DNA of 64,000 bases. Origin: an uncultured Actinomycetes bacterium (lineage in GTDB: Bacteria; Actinomycetota; Acidimicrobiia; Acidimicrobiales; JACCXE01). Below, piece after piece: positions 16,635 to 26,708 of the stretch. The stretch covers positions 162,135-226,134 of the forward strand of contig CAVYNR010000012.1 of assembly GCA_963769985.1 (NCBI GenBank). Reading direction: 5' to 3'. Below the pieces are notes generated by a model that was not told the DNA's origin, made no database searches, and was given only the letters and a program-made list of their open reading frames with translations. The first letter of the stretch is position 1. Each line of letters opens with the position of its first letter. The position numbers and the translations under genes are program-made.

Positions 16635-16835
16635 CTAACGCAGGATCCGGTGTACCACCAGCGGTACAAGTGCTGCGATCGCGGCGTCGCCCAGGACCGG
16701 GTCAACGGGTCGGTTGGCACCTTGCAGGAACCACTCGAGCATGCCGAGCGCGAACAGGGTCCACGTGAGGATCCACAGGATCCGATGGGCGTTGCGCGAG
16801 ATGGGCGCGTTTTCGGGATACGAGCTCGGTGTCAC
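16635..16835 (-). CDS. small membrane protein (hypothetical) coupled to panB
   Basis: GTG 16835-16833 overlaps the panB TGA (GTGA). Reads [66 protein letters not shown]. Its stop abuts the GTG of the DUF192 gene. Confidence 0.45.
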   Translation of the reverse strand: MTPSSYPENAPISRNAHRILWILTWTLFALGMLEWFLQGANRPVDPVLGDAAIAALVPLVVHRILR

Positions 16836-17703
16836 GCCGACATGCTTGCACGCCCGGACCTGCCATACAGGCCCAGCTCCTCGGCGGCGTCGCCCGGAAG
16901 CCGGTAACCCTCGTCGGGACCGGGAAACGTGCGGGCGCGCACGTCGGCCGCGTAACGCGTGACGGCCTCGACGCCGGCGGACTTCATCTCGGCGTAGCGA
17001 CGCACGAAGCGTGGGCGTGACGCGGTCCTCCAAGCCGAGCAGGTCGTGCATGACCAGCACTTGACCGTCGCATGATGCGCCGGCGCCGATACCGATCGTC
17101 GGCACCGGTACCGCTTCGGTGACGAGGCGGGCCACGTCGTCGGGCACGCACTCCAGCACGATGCGCGAACACGCCGGCGGCGACGAGCGCGTGGGCGTCG
17201 TCGATGAGCAGCCGCGCCGCTTCGGCGGTGCGCCCCTGCACTTTGAAGCCGCCCAGCGCGTTGATCGACTGCGGGGTCAGGCCAAGGTGACCCATCACGG
17301 GGATCTCGGCGTCGACGATCGCTTCGATCACGGGCACGCGCTTGGCGCCGCCCTCGAGCTTGACCGACCGCGCCCCGGCGCGGATCAGCGTGGCGGCATT
17401 GGCCACTGCGTCGTTGCGGCCGAGGTGGTAGCTCATCCACGGCAGGTCGCCGACCACGAGCGCGCGCGGGTTGGTGCGGGCGACCGCCGCCGTGTGGTGC
17501 GCCATGTCCTCGATGGTCACCTGCAGCGTGTCGTCGTAACCGAGCACGACCATGGCGACGGAGTCGCCCACCAGGATGAGGTCGACACCGGCGTCGTCGG
17601 CAATGCGTGCCGTGGGCGCGTCGTAGGCAGTGACCATCACCAACGGTGTTTGGCCCTTCGCGGCGCGCACGTCAGGAACCGTGACTGGTTTGAGACCAGA
17701 CAT
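16832..17703 (-). pseudogene. panB: 3-methyl-2-oxobutanoate hydroxymethyltransferase, two frame changes as sequenced
   Basis: LVMVTAYDAPTARIADDAGVDLILVGDSVAMVVLGYDDTL...VKLEGG...[11 protein letters not shown], then [44 protein letters not shown] (second frame), then [36 protein letters not shown] (third frame). Junctions near 17165 and 17020. Confidence 0.85.
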
Positions 17704-17773
17704 GTGTTGCCTCCTTCAGTCTCGTCTCGCGCCCCATGGCTGCAAGCGAGGTCTCCAAGTGTACGTTCCGCGC

Positions 17774-17968
17774 GTGCCCGATGCACCCGCGTGCCAGAAC
17801 TGCGCCCGATTGGAGGCGAGCGAGGCCGATCTGGTGCCGGTGCGCCGCGTGTATCTGGAGATCGACGAGTGGGGCGAACAGGAGCCGAAGGCGACCGTGG
17901 TCGACGAGGTCGAGCGCTGGTGCGCGTCGTGCCGGTCGATCTATCCGCACGAGGACGTCGCCGAGTAG
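17774..17968 (+). CDS. small CxxC...CxxC zinc-ribbon-like protein (hypothetical)
   Basis: Frame of ORF 17630..17968. GTG at 17774 (or 17759). Reads VPDAPACQNCARLEASEADLVPVRRVYLEIDEWGEQEPKATVVDEVERWCASCRSIYPHEDVAE. Divergent from panB and convergent with the PBP gene. Confidence 0.5.
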   Translation: MPDAPACQNCARLEASEADLVPVRRVYLEIDEWGEQEPKATVVDEVERWCASCRSIYPHEDVAE

Positions 17969-17970
17969 CG

Positions 17971-20101
17971 CTACCCGTTCGGCGTCGACAGCCGGCGACG
18001 TCGTGGCCGACGGCTCGCCTTCTGACGGTGGCGGCGGTGGCCCCGGCGCGACCGTCGTGGGACTGGTGCCCGGACTGCCGCCGCTCCCCGACGGTTTCAC
18101 GCCCGACACGACCGATGTGCTGCTGGGCGTCGTCGTGGCCGGCGCCGGTCGGAACGTCGATCGGCTCGTACCGAGCACCTTGCCCGGGAACTTGGTAACG
18201 GTCGGGAACTTGCCGAGGGTTTGTCCCTTGGTGACCGCCGATCATGAACTTCTTCCAGATCGCCGCCGGCACGCTGCCGCCGGTGACGGGTTTCCCGCCG
18301 CGGAAACTCGCCAGCGTGCGGGCGTTGCCCTCGGGATAGCCCATCCACACGGCGGTGGTGAGCGATGTCGTGGAGCCCACAAACCACGCGTCGCCGTAGT
18401 CCTGCGTGGTGCCGGTCTTGCCGATGAGCGTGTCGGCTTCGGCCGCCGGCCACCGCGCGCCGACGCCCGTGCCTCGCTCGACGACTTCGGTCAGCGCGGT
18501 GTTCACGACGTCGGCTTGCTCGGGCGACGAGGACGCGCTTGCGTTCCGGGTTCGACCGGAACAGCACCTTGCCGTCACCGGTCTCGATCTTCTAGATGAA
18601 TTGCGGTGTGATTCGTTCGCCGCGGCGCGCCAATGTCGAATACGGCAGACGCGATGTCGAGCGGTGATACCTCGACGGTGCCGAGAACGAGCGACGCAAC
18701 CGGGCGCAGCGGCGCGGTGACGCCGAGGTCTTGGCTTGCTCCATCAGTTGCTCGGGGCCGATGACTGTCTCGGCTTGCGCGTAGACGGTATTGACGGAGT
18801 TGCGAGTTGCTTCGATGAGGTTGACGTTGCCGCCGAACCCCTCATCCTCGTAGTTGCCTACGCGCCAATCCTTCCCGTTGTCGGCCTTCTCCAGCACGAT
18901 CTCGGACGGCGCCGGAAAGGCCGATTCGAGCGTGTAACCCTCATGCACGATTTCGGCGAGCAGGAACGGCTTGAACGTCGAACCCGGCTGCCGGCCCTTG
19001 CCACCGCCGTCGCGGCCCACCGCCAGGTTCACATTCGACGCCTCGAAGTTCTTGCCGCCGACGAGCGCGCGGACGCGGCCTTCGTCGTCGACCGCCACCA
19101 ACGCGCCGGCGGGATCGCCACTGCGGTTGAGGATGCCGTAGACCGCGTTGTAGGCGGCGCGCTGCGCGCCCATGTCGATGTTGGTGGTGACTCGAAGACC
19201 GCCGCCGAACGTGGCCTGCTCGCCGTAGTCGCGCACAAGCTGGCGACGCACGTAATCCACGACATATTCGGTCCCCGCTCTCGGCGGCCACGACGCGTGG
19301 CGCGGTCTGGTTCGACGGGAGGACGTAGCTCGTGAGTTCCTGCGCTTCGACCTCGGCCTGGTCGCTCTTGGAAATGTCTTTGGTGGCCACCATCGACTGA
19401 AGCGTGCGATGGCGCCGCGCCGTCGCGGTCACCGGATCCCGCGCGACATCGGCGGACTCCGGCGCGCGGATCAGCCCCGCGAGATACGCCGCCTCACGCA
19501 AACCGAGTTGGCCGACGTCCTTGCCGAACCAGGCTTGCGACGCCGCTTGTACTCCGTAGGCCCCGCGGCCGAAGTAGACGGTGTTGAGGTACCGCTCGAG
19601 CAGTTCGCGCTTGGTGAGTTCGCGCTCGAGCTTGACCGCGAGCACCGCTTCTCTGAGCTTGCGCCAAACGGTGCGCTCGCGTCCGACGTAGGTGTTCTTC
19701 ACGTATTGCTGGGTGAGTGTCGATCCGCCCTGCAGCTTTCCGCCGCGGATGTCGTTCACGGTCGCGCGGACGAGGCCGACGGGGTCGACGCCGCCGTGCT
19801 CGTAGAAATGCCGGTCCTCGACCGCGAGCACGGCTCGAACCACCACGCGTGGCACCGCCTTGAGCGGTACCGAGATGCGATTCTCCCGCCCGGTCAGGGT
19901 CGCGAGGCGGCTTCCGTCGGCCGCGTACAGGAACGTCGTTTGCGCCGGCGGGACCGCGTCAGGCAGCGGAACCCGCGACAGCACGAACAGCACCCCTGCG
20001 ACCGCGGTGAAGGCGAGCAGCCCGAACAGGAACAGAATCCGGCGATAACGCCACACCCAACTCCGACGCCGACGGCGCTTCTTGGTGGGGCGCCCCGGCA
20101 T
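17971..20101 (-). pseudogene. ponA: class A penicillin-binding protein (transglycosylase + transpeptidase), heavily disrupted as sequenced
   Basis: N-terminal TM, GT51 motifs AVEDRHFYEHGGVD, GGSTLTQQ, RKLREAVLA. Transpeptidase motifs GSTFKP, RNSVN, KTGTTQDYGDAWFVG. P/T/S-rich tail. Text moves between frames near 19265, 18725, 18655, 18545, 18240 and 17980, with an in-frame TAG at 18592-18594. Confidence 0.8.
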
Positions 20102-20203
20102 GGGACCGCGACGCTAATGACTCGCGCCGACGGGTCAACCGTCGCGTGCCGAAATTCCCTCCGACCGGCTTCGCCGGCCGGAACCAGACGCGGTTCCTAT
20201 TGG

Positions 20204-20963
20204 TCACCTCGCCTCTGGCTCGGCTCCGTGGGAAATCGCGGAAGGACTCAGCGCGCCGGCCGACGGTCGATGCGCCGAACGACGTGCTGGCCCGCGTCGG
20301 CTCGACGCTGAGCGCCGCGACAGCAGCTCCTGGGCCAGGGCAACCACCACAAACACCCCAAATCCCGCAGCCGCGCCGTGCCCGGCGTTCGTGGTGGCCG
20401 AGGGGAGCACGCCGAGCGGATCCCACAGTTGCGGGGCCAGCGCAAGAGCAGCCCCGACCACGAGGCCAACCGCGGCCACCGGTGTTCGCGACGCGTCGGA
20501 CGGGCGCCGGAACCACGTCGCGACGACGAAAACTCCCGCCGCCGCGCCAACCACCACGCCGCGTTGACTCGGGTCGGACGCAACCACGGTCGCCAAGCCG
20601 GCCAACGCCGGAGCGGCGATCAATGCGTCGACGACGTCGCCCCAGGGCGCGAGCCGTTCGTCGACCGCCACCGGCCGGCACGCGACGGCCACTGCGCTGA
20701 CAACCAGCAGCGGTCCGAGGCCCGCCGGTCCCGCGAACGCTGCGGGTCGCGGCGACGCCGATCGCGGCCAGCGCCGCCCCGCGTTCGCGCAACGCGGTCG
20801 CGATGGTCGCGACCGCGAGCGCCGCGCCGACCACCGCGGGAGCGCGCAGGTCGTTGTCGCGGGCGACGACGACGCCGACCCACCCGGCGGCGCCGACCGC
20901 CAAGGGTCGCATCAGGCCGGACGCGTAGAGCACACGCGCGGCGCGCGCGATGAGGACGAACAT
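20204..20963 (-). pseudogene. Ala/Gly/Val-rich polytopic membrane protein (hypothetical), at least one frame change
   Basis: MFVLIARAARVLYASGLMRPLAVGAAGWVGVVV... (ORF 19959..20963) continues after ~20740 in the frame of ORF 20204..20692 (AFAGPAGLGPLLVVSAVAVACRP...GVFVVATWF...GFGVFVVVALAQ). 3' end uncertain. Confidence 0.45.
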
Positions 20964-21471
20964 CTAGGAGGACACGCCAACGCCGCCGCGCGTCGAACCG
21001 CCGTAGCGCGCGACTTCCTTGGGGATGTCGAGGGGGCGCATCTCGCTGCGGTTTTCCAGCGTCTCTTGGTCGAGCAGCGCCGCCGGCACGACCCACGCCA
21101 CCTCGAACTCCAACCCGTCGGGGTCATGCGCGTACAAGCTCTTGGTGGCCGAGTGATCCGTCGCGCCGGCGAGCGCGCCGCGTCTGGCTCAGCTCGTCAG
21201 ACAGGCGAGCCAGTTCGTCGAGCGTGTCGACTTCCCATGCGAGGTGGTACAGCCCGACCGTCGCGCGCCCGGCGCCGGATGGACCCGCACCGTCGCCGAT
21301 CTGGAACAGGCCGAGATCGTGGTCATTGGTCGAGCCCGGTGCCTGCAGGAACGCCGCGCCGGCACCGATCTGATTGATCACCTTGAAGCCGAGCGCGTCG
21401 CGGTAGAACGCGACGCTCGTCTCGACGTTGCGCACGTACAGCACTGCATGGTTCAGGCGTGTGATTGGCAT
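20964..21471 (-). pseudogene. VOC/glyoxalase (extradiol-dioxygenase-like) family protein, one frame change
   Basis: MPITRLNHAVLYVRNVETSVAFYRDALGFKV...GLYHLAWEVDTLDELARLSDEL, then after ~21180 ...GATDHSATKSLYAHDPDGLEFEVAWVVP...stop at 20966-20964. Confidence 0.7.
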
Positions 21472-21474
21472 GCG

Positions 21475-22023
21475 TTAGCCGTACCCCGAGATCACGCCGA
21501 GCACGATGGCCGCCGCACCAACGGCGAGCGCTACCAACGGCTGGAATCGCGCGCGTCGACCGCGGGGTGCGCACACCCAACCGGCGACGCCGCCAACCAC
21601 TACTCCCGCGACCCACATGGCGGCGTCGACGCCGCCGCTGGCGAGCGACGGGCCGAACACGATCACGCCCGCTAAGGCGCCAAGTCCGACGCTCGTCCAG
21701 CGGTCACGCGCCGCGAGCACCACGCTCACGGCCGTCGCCCAGGTCGCGGCGATGGCTAGGCCCGAACCGGTGAAGCCCGCAGCGCCCAGTACCGCCTGCC
21801 CGCCGGCGACGTCGGCCAGTCCTGCGGTGCCGGCGCGCGCCAACGTGGCCGCAGCCGCGAGGCCAACGACCAGCGCGGTGACTGCCGATGCATCGGCCAC
21901 GCCGAACGCGAGCGCGAGCGTCCACATGTCGCCGCGGCCGGTGAGCGTGAGGGCGCTGCCGGCGGCGAACGCGGCGTTGCGAAGTGCGAGTGGCAGAGGC
22001 GGGCGCGCCGCGCTGGCGGGCAC
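21475..22023 (-). CDS. Ala/Gly-rich polytopic membrane protein (hypothetical)
   Basis: GTG at 22023, 2 nt after the DUF5318 stop. Several hydrophobic segments (WTLALAFGVADASAVTALVVGLAAAATLA ... AVGAAAIVLGVISGYG). Composition resembles the 20204-20963 product. Confidence 0.5.
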   Translation of the reverse strand: MPASAARPPLPLALRNAAFAAGSALTLTGRGDMWTLALAFGVADASAVTALVVGLAAAATLARAGTAGLADVAGGQAVLGAAGFTGSGLAIAATWATAVSVVLAARDRWTSVGLGALAGVIVFGPSLASGGVDAAMWVAGVVVGGVAGWVCAPRGRRARFQPLVALAVGAAAIVLGVISGYG

Positions 22024-22025
22024 GC

Positions 22026-22430
22026 TTATGACCGACGTCGGCGTCCTCCGAGGGGCAGCCGGCGCACGAGATGATTCCACGAGCACTCCGTGCACACCTC
22101 GACTTCGTAGCAACTCAATTCGTCACCGACGCTGTCGAGCCGGCGCAGCTCGGCGGCACTGTCAACGCACCGCCCGCGCGCCGGTAGGCGCGGCCCAAAC
22201 GCGTAGGTCACGTGCACGAGTCCAGGCGCTTCACAAATCGGGCACGCGTCGCCGGTAACCCGCCCAGCCTTGGCCGCCCGAAGCAACTCTGGGTGCGCGT
22301 CGCACACATCCTCGCGGGCGAGTCGGTTGGCACGGAACTCGATCAGGACCGCGTTACGGGCCAACCGGAAGTCGACCGCGGCGCCGCGATTCTCCGTAGC
22401 GTCCGCAACCGGATCCGTTCGAGGTGCCAT
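22026..22430 (-). CDS. DUF5318-like protein (conserved partner of padR-ino1 in Actinomycetota)
   Basis: Start taken at MAPRTDPV (22430). Cys pairs ACPICEAPGL...CTECSWNHL. Position next to padR-ino1 as in mycobacteria. Confidence 0.6.
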   Translation of the reverse strand: MAPRTDPVADATENRGAAVDFRLARNAVLIEFRANRLAREDVCDAHPELLRAAKAGRVTGDACPICEAPGLVHVTYAFGPRLPARGRCVDSAAELRRLDSVGDELSCYEVEVCTECSWNHLVRRLPLGGRRRRS

Positions 22431-22508
22431 TGGCGGCCGAGAGTACCCGCCGCCAACGCGGCTGCGGGCGAGGGCTAATCGCACCTCGGTGGCGGGTAGC
22501 CGAACCCG

Positions 22509-22961
22509 ATGGGCATCTTCTCGATTTTGGAGCCGGCCGAGGCGCGCCGCACGATCACCGCCTCAACCGAACAAATCTTCGCGGTGCTCAGCGACCCGTC
22601 GACGTATCCGCAGTGGCTCGTGGGTGCACAGGAAGTCCGGGACGTCGACAAGGATTTCCCGCAGCCCGGCACGGTGTTTCACCACTCGGTCGGGCCGACC
22701 GAGGCCGCCACGGTCCACGACGTAAGTGAGTCGCTCGAGGTGAACCCACCGCGATATCTCAAGCTGCGCGTCCATGTCGGTCCGCTCCGCGGGATCGTCG
22801 AGTTTCGGCTCAAGGGCACCCGGGAGGGGACCGAAGTGATCTTTCGGGAGCGCCCGGCGGGCAAGGCCCGCTACATGATGCCGTTCGTGCGGCCGGCGTT
22901 GTTCGCCCGGAACACCGAATCACTTCGCCAGCTCGACGAACTCGTCACCGGCAAGAATTAA
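22509..22961 (+). CDS. SRPBCC (START/polyketide-cyclase-like) family protein
   Basis: 150 aa. IFAVLSDPSTYPQWLVGAQEV... is the typical SRPBCC N-terminal pattern. Confidence 0.7.
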   Translation: MGIFSILEPAEARRTITASTEQIFAVLSDPSTYPQWLVGAQEVRDVDKDFPQPGTVFHHSVGPTEAATVHDVSESLEVNPPRYLKLRVHVGPLRGIVEFRLKGTREGTEVIFRERPAGKARYMMPFVRPALFARNTESLRQLDELVTGKN

Positions 22962-22982
22962 GCGCCGACCGGCTGTTTCAGG

Positions 22983-23037
22983 TTGACGAAACGCGTTCGC
23001 GTGTTCATACTGTCGATGTATCGAGTCGATATATCGA
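22983..23037 (+). promoter_or_regulatory. padR promoter with two adjacent AT-rich palindromic operators
   Basis: TTGACG (22983-22988), 17 nt, CATACT (23006-23011). Then TCGATGTATCGA (23013-23024) and the perfect 12-bp palindrome TCGATATATCGA (23026-23037), 16 nt before the padR start. Confidence 0.55.
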
Positions 23038-23053
23038 AAGGCGATCCCGTAAC

Positions 23054-23671
23054 TTGTTGGAACTGGCGATTCTGGGCCTGCTCAAAGAGCAGCCGCACCA
23101 CGGATATGAGCTGAAAAAGCAGCTCACCGAGGTCACCGGTCCTTTTTCGCGTGTCTCGTTCGGATCGCTGTATCCCGCCCTCGCCCGCCTCGAAGCCAAC
23201 GGCGCCGTCCGTGCCATCGATGCCGCGGCTCCGCCGGTTCCCGCGACAGGCTCGCTCGGCGCTGAACTGGCCGCCTTCAAGGTCCGCCACACCGGCGCCC
23301 GGCACTCCCGTGGCCGCAAGGTTTACGAAATCACCGACCGCGGTCACGAGTTGTTCAACGAGCTGCTCGAGGCCGGCAACGCGTCGGTCGACGACGAGCG
23401 CGGCTTTGGTCTGCGTCTGGCCTTCGCGCGGTATCTAGCTCCCGACGCTCGTCTGCGCCTGCTCGAGCGTCGCCGGGCCCATCTCGTCGAACAGCTCGCG
23501 CAGTCAGTGCAGTTTCAGGCTTCATCCGCCGCCGCGAACAACGGTTCAGCGCGCGACGCCTATCGCACGTCGATCATCGAACACTCCACCGCGACAACCG
23601 AAGCCGACATCTCCTGGCTCGACCGGCTCATCGCCGCCGAGCGAGGTCAGTCGACCTCCGTCATCTCCTGA
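23054..23671 (+). CDS. PadR family transcriptional regulator
   Basis: LELAILGLLKEQPHHGYELKKQLTEVTG...SFGSLYPALARLEANG winged-helix PadR signature. TTG start. Confidence 0.9.
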   Translation: MLELAILGLLKEQPHHGYELKKQLTEVTGPFSRVSFGSLYPALARLEANGAVRAIDAAAPPVPATGSLGAELAAFKVRHTGARHSRGRKVYEITDRGHELFNELLEAGNASVDDERGFGLRLAFARYLAPDARLRLLERRRAHLVEQLAQSVQFQASSAAANNGSARDAYRTSIIEHSTATTEADISWLDRLIAAERGQSTSVIS

Positions 23672-23683
23672 AAGGCACCACCC

Positions 23684-24757
23684 ATGGCCAACAAGATTCG
23701 CGTTGCTATCGCCGGCGTCGGCAACTGCTCGAGTTCGCTCATTCAGGGCATCGAGTACTACCGCAACGCCGATCCCGCTGACACCGTGCCGGGGCTCATG
23801 CACGTCAAGCTCGGCGAATACCACGTCGGCGATGTCGAATTCGTCGCCGCGTTCGACGTCGACGCCGCCAAGGTCGGCCTCGACCTCGGCAAGGCGATCT
23901 TCTCGGGCCAGAACAACACCATCAAGTTCGCGCCGGTCGGCGAACTTGGCGTCACGGTGCAGAAGGCTCCGACGCTCGACGGGCTCGGCAAGTACTACCG
24001 GATGACGATCGAAGAGTCGCCCATGGAGGACGTCGACGTAGCGCAGGTGCTGCGCGACGCGCGCGCCGACGTGCTCGTCAGCTATCTACCGGTGGGCTCG
24101 GAGGATGCGCAGAAGATGTACGCCCAGGCGTGCCTCGACAGCGGCGTTGCGTTCGTCAATGCCATCCCGGTCTTCATCGCCAGCGATCCGGTGTGGGCAA
24201 AGAAGTTCACCGACGCCGGCGTGCCGATTATCGGCGACGACATCAAAAGCCAGGTCGGGGCCACGATCGTGCACCGCATCCTTGCCCGGCTGTTCGAGGA
24301 CCGCGGCATGGTGCTGGACCGCACGTACCAACTCAACGTCGGCGGCAACATGGACTTCAAGAACATGCTCGAGCGTGAGCGCCTTGAGTCCAAGAAGATC
24401 TCCAAGACCCAAGCCGTCACCAGCCAGCTCGACAACGGCATCGACGCCGACGACGTGCACATCGGCCCGTCCGACCACGTCGCGTGGCTCGACGACCGCA
24501 AGTGGGCCTATATCCGTCTCGAAGGCCGCAACTTCGGCGACGTCCCGTTGAACATCGAACTCAAGCTCGAAGTGTGGGACTCACCGAACTCGGCCGGCGT
24601 GATCATCGACGCGCTGCGGTGCGCCAAGATCGCCAAGGATCGTGGCATCGGTGGCCCGCTGCTCGGCCCGTCCGCCTACTTCATGAAGTCGCCGCCGGTG
24701 CAGTACCGCGACGAAGAGGCCCACAACATGGTCAACGACTTCGCCGCGGGCGTTTAG
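23684..24757 (+). CDS. ino1: myo-inositol-1-phosphate synthase
   Basis: [22 protein letters not shown], ...SYLPVGSE..., ...[16 protein letters not shown]..., [16 protein letters not shown]. 357 aa. Confidence 0.95.
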   Translation: MANKIRVAIAGVGNCSSSLIQGIEYYRNADPADTVPGLMHVKLGEYHVGDVEFVAAFDVDAAKVGLDLGKAIFSGQNNTIKFAPVGELGVTVQKAPTLDGLGKYYRMTIEESPMEDVDVAQVLRDARADVLVSYLPVGSEDAQKMYAQACLDSGVAFVNAIPVFIASDPVWAKKFTDAGVPIIGDDIKSQVGATIVHRILARLFEDRGMVLDRTYQLNVGGNMDFKNMLERERLESKKISKTQAVTSQLDNGIDADDVHIGPSDHVAWLDDRKWAYIRLEGRNFGDVPLNIELKLEVWDSPNSAGVIIDALRCAKIAKDRGIGGPLLGPSAYFMKSPPVQYRDEEAHNMVNDFAAGV

Positions 24758-24908
24758 GTAACTAGAACCCGGTCGTCTGCGCCTGAGCCGGCGCGGTCAG
24801 CACGAGGATCACTGCCGCTGCGAACACCGTGGGGAGGATGGCTGCTGCGATTCTTGCGAGGCGTGTCTTCATGTCATGCAAGAGCCACAACTCCTGCTGA
24901 TCTTGCAA

Positions 24909-26708
24909 TTAATCCCGGATTTCTCCGGGTTTCGTGAGGCGGCTCGCCGCGAGCGCGGCCACGGCGGCGGCGCCGAGCGCTAACGCCACGCCCTGATCGC
25001 CGCCGGTTGCCGGAATGGTGGCCGCGGGCTGGGGCGTGGATCGGTTGCCCAACGGCGGTCGGGGGCCGAGGGCGGCTGCGGCTGGGGTCGCTTTGGCGGT
25101 TCCACGCGCCACCGCCCATGAGGAGCCGACGTTGGCTCCGGTGTCGGGCCGGTTGCGGTCGTGGACGAACCAGAAGTCGTACTGCATGCCATCGGCGCGG
25201 AATTCGGCGACGCCGAAGCCGTGGCGGAAGCCCTCGTGGTACTTCACCCACGGGTTGCTGAGCAGCAGATTGGCCTCGAAGACCGTGTTGATCGTGAGCG
25301 CTTCGGGCAACGTCGCCATCTGCAGCGTTTCGGTGAGCGTGGGTGACGTGACCGCGGGGGCGATGAACTCCACCGCCGCGCTGTTGGCGCCGAAGTCGTA
25401 GCTCGACCGGTCATGCGGCAGGTCGCTGGCCATCGACTCGTGGAGGTCGCCCGTGAGCACGACGACGTCCTTGATCTGCTTGTCGTTGATCGTCGAGAGA
25501 ATGCGCTGGCGCTCGCCGTTGTATCCATCCCAGCTCTCAACCTGGAGCGGCGGCGGGACCGGCGGCAACGCGGTCCCGAGCCCGGCCGCCGCCGTGCTCA
25601 GCGCGCCCGCCAGCGCTGGGCCGACGTCGACGGGCGCCATCGGAACCGGGTTTCCGAGCACCTTCCACGCCGCGGTGGATCGTTCCAGGCCGTTGAGCAA
25701 CCAATCGCGTTGGGTCGCGCCGAGCATGGTGCGATTCGGATCGTCGGTCGCCGGATCTACGGAGAAGTAACCGATGACCGCGTTGGTCGGCTGCTGGTCG
25801 CGGTAGCGGCGCTCGTCGAGCATGAACAGATCCACGAGGTCGCCGAATTGAAAACGTCGATACACCACGGTGGCGTCGACCGGGTTGGCGCGGATGGGGA
25901 CGTATTCGCGAAAGGCCCGCAACGCCGCGTCGCGTCGCGCATGAAAGTCGCCCTCGGCACCTTGCGTGTGGTTCTGCGCGCCGTCCTTCCACCAGTCGTT
26001 CGCCAGTTCGTGGTCGTCGTACATCGCGATCACCGGGTGCGACGCGTGCATCTTCTGCAAACCGGCGTCGCTCTTGTACTGCCGATACCGCTGCCGGTAG
26101 TCGTCGAGCGACACGGTCTCGTGCGCGGGATCGTGGCGTCTCCCAGCCGGCTTCGGTGTCGGAAGACCTTGGTAGCTGCGGTCGAACTCGTAGATGTAGT
26201 CACCCATCGAGAGCACGGCGTCGAGATCGTCGCGCTCGGCGACGACTCGGCACGCGCCGAAGAAGCCGAATTCCCATTCCGTACAGGTGACGACGCCAAC
26301 GCGCATCCGATCCAGCGCCGCTCCGGGTGTCGGCAGCGTCCTGGTGCGGCCGGTGGCGCTGAGGAACCCACCTACGCGGAAGCGGTACCAGTACGTGGTC
26401 GCCGGTTGTAGCCCGTCGACGTCGACGTGCAGCGTGTAGTCCGACGCTGCCGACGTCGATGCAGTGCCGTTGCGCACCACCGCGCCGAATGCGTTGTCGA
26501 GCGCCACTTCCCACCGGATCGGTTCGATCGTGACGTGGCGCGTCCAGATGATCACGCGGTCCGCGAGCGGGTCGAAAGATGCGACGCCCAGTGCGAACGG
26601 TCCATCGTCGGACGCCAGCGCTCGATCGGCGTAACGCCACGTTGCGGCGGCGGCGGTTACGCCGGCCGCTCCCGCCAGAAACTTGCGGCGCGTCGTCTCA
26701 GGCCCCAT
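24909..26708 (-). CDS. phoD: Tat-exported PhoD-family alkaline phosphatase/phosphodiesterase with C-terminal LPXTG-like sorting signal
   Basis: TRRKFLAGAAGVTAAAA twin-arginine signal. PhoD motifs VGVVTCTEWEFGFF, MGDYIYE, YDDHELANDWW, VVLTGDLHES. Tail is TIPATGG + hydrophobic stretch + RLTKPGEIRD. Confidence 0.85.
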   Translation of the reverse strand: MGPETTRRKFLAGAAGVTAAAATWRYADRALASDDGPFALGVASFDPLADRVIIWTRHVTIEPIRWEVALDNAFGAVVRNGTASTSAASDYTLHVDVDGLQPATTYWYRFRVGGFLSATGRTRTLPTPGAALDRMRVGVVTCTEWEFGFFGACRVVAERDDLDAVLSMGDYIYEFDRSYQGLPTPKPAGRRHDPAHETVSLDDYRQRYRQYKSDAGLQKMHASHPVIAMYDDHELANDWWKDGAQNHTQGAEGDFHARRDAALRAFREYVPIRANPVDATVVYRRFQFGDLVDLFMLDERRYRDQQPTNAVIGYFSVDPATDDPNRTMLGATQRDWLLNGLERSTAAWKVLGNPVPMAPVDVGPALAGALSTAAAGLGTALPPVPPPLQVESWDGYNGERQRILSTINDKQIKDVVVLTGDLHESMASDLPHDRSSYDFGANSAAVEFIAPAVTSPTLTETLQMATLPEALTINTVFEANLLLSNPWVKYHEGFRHGFGVAEFRADGMQYDFWFVHDRNRPDTGANVGSSWAVARGTAKATPAAAALGPRPPLGNRSTPQPAATIPATGGDQGVALALGAAAVAALAASRLTKPGEIRD

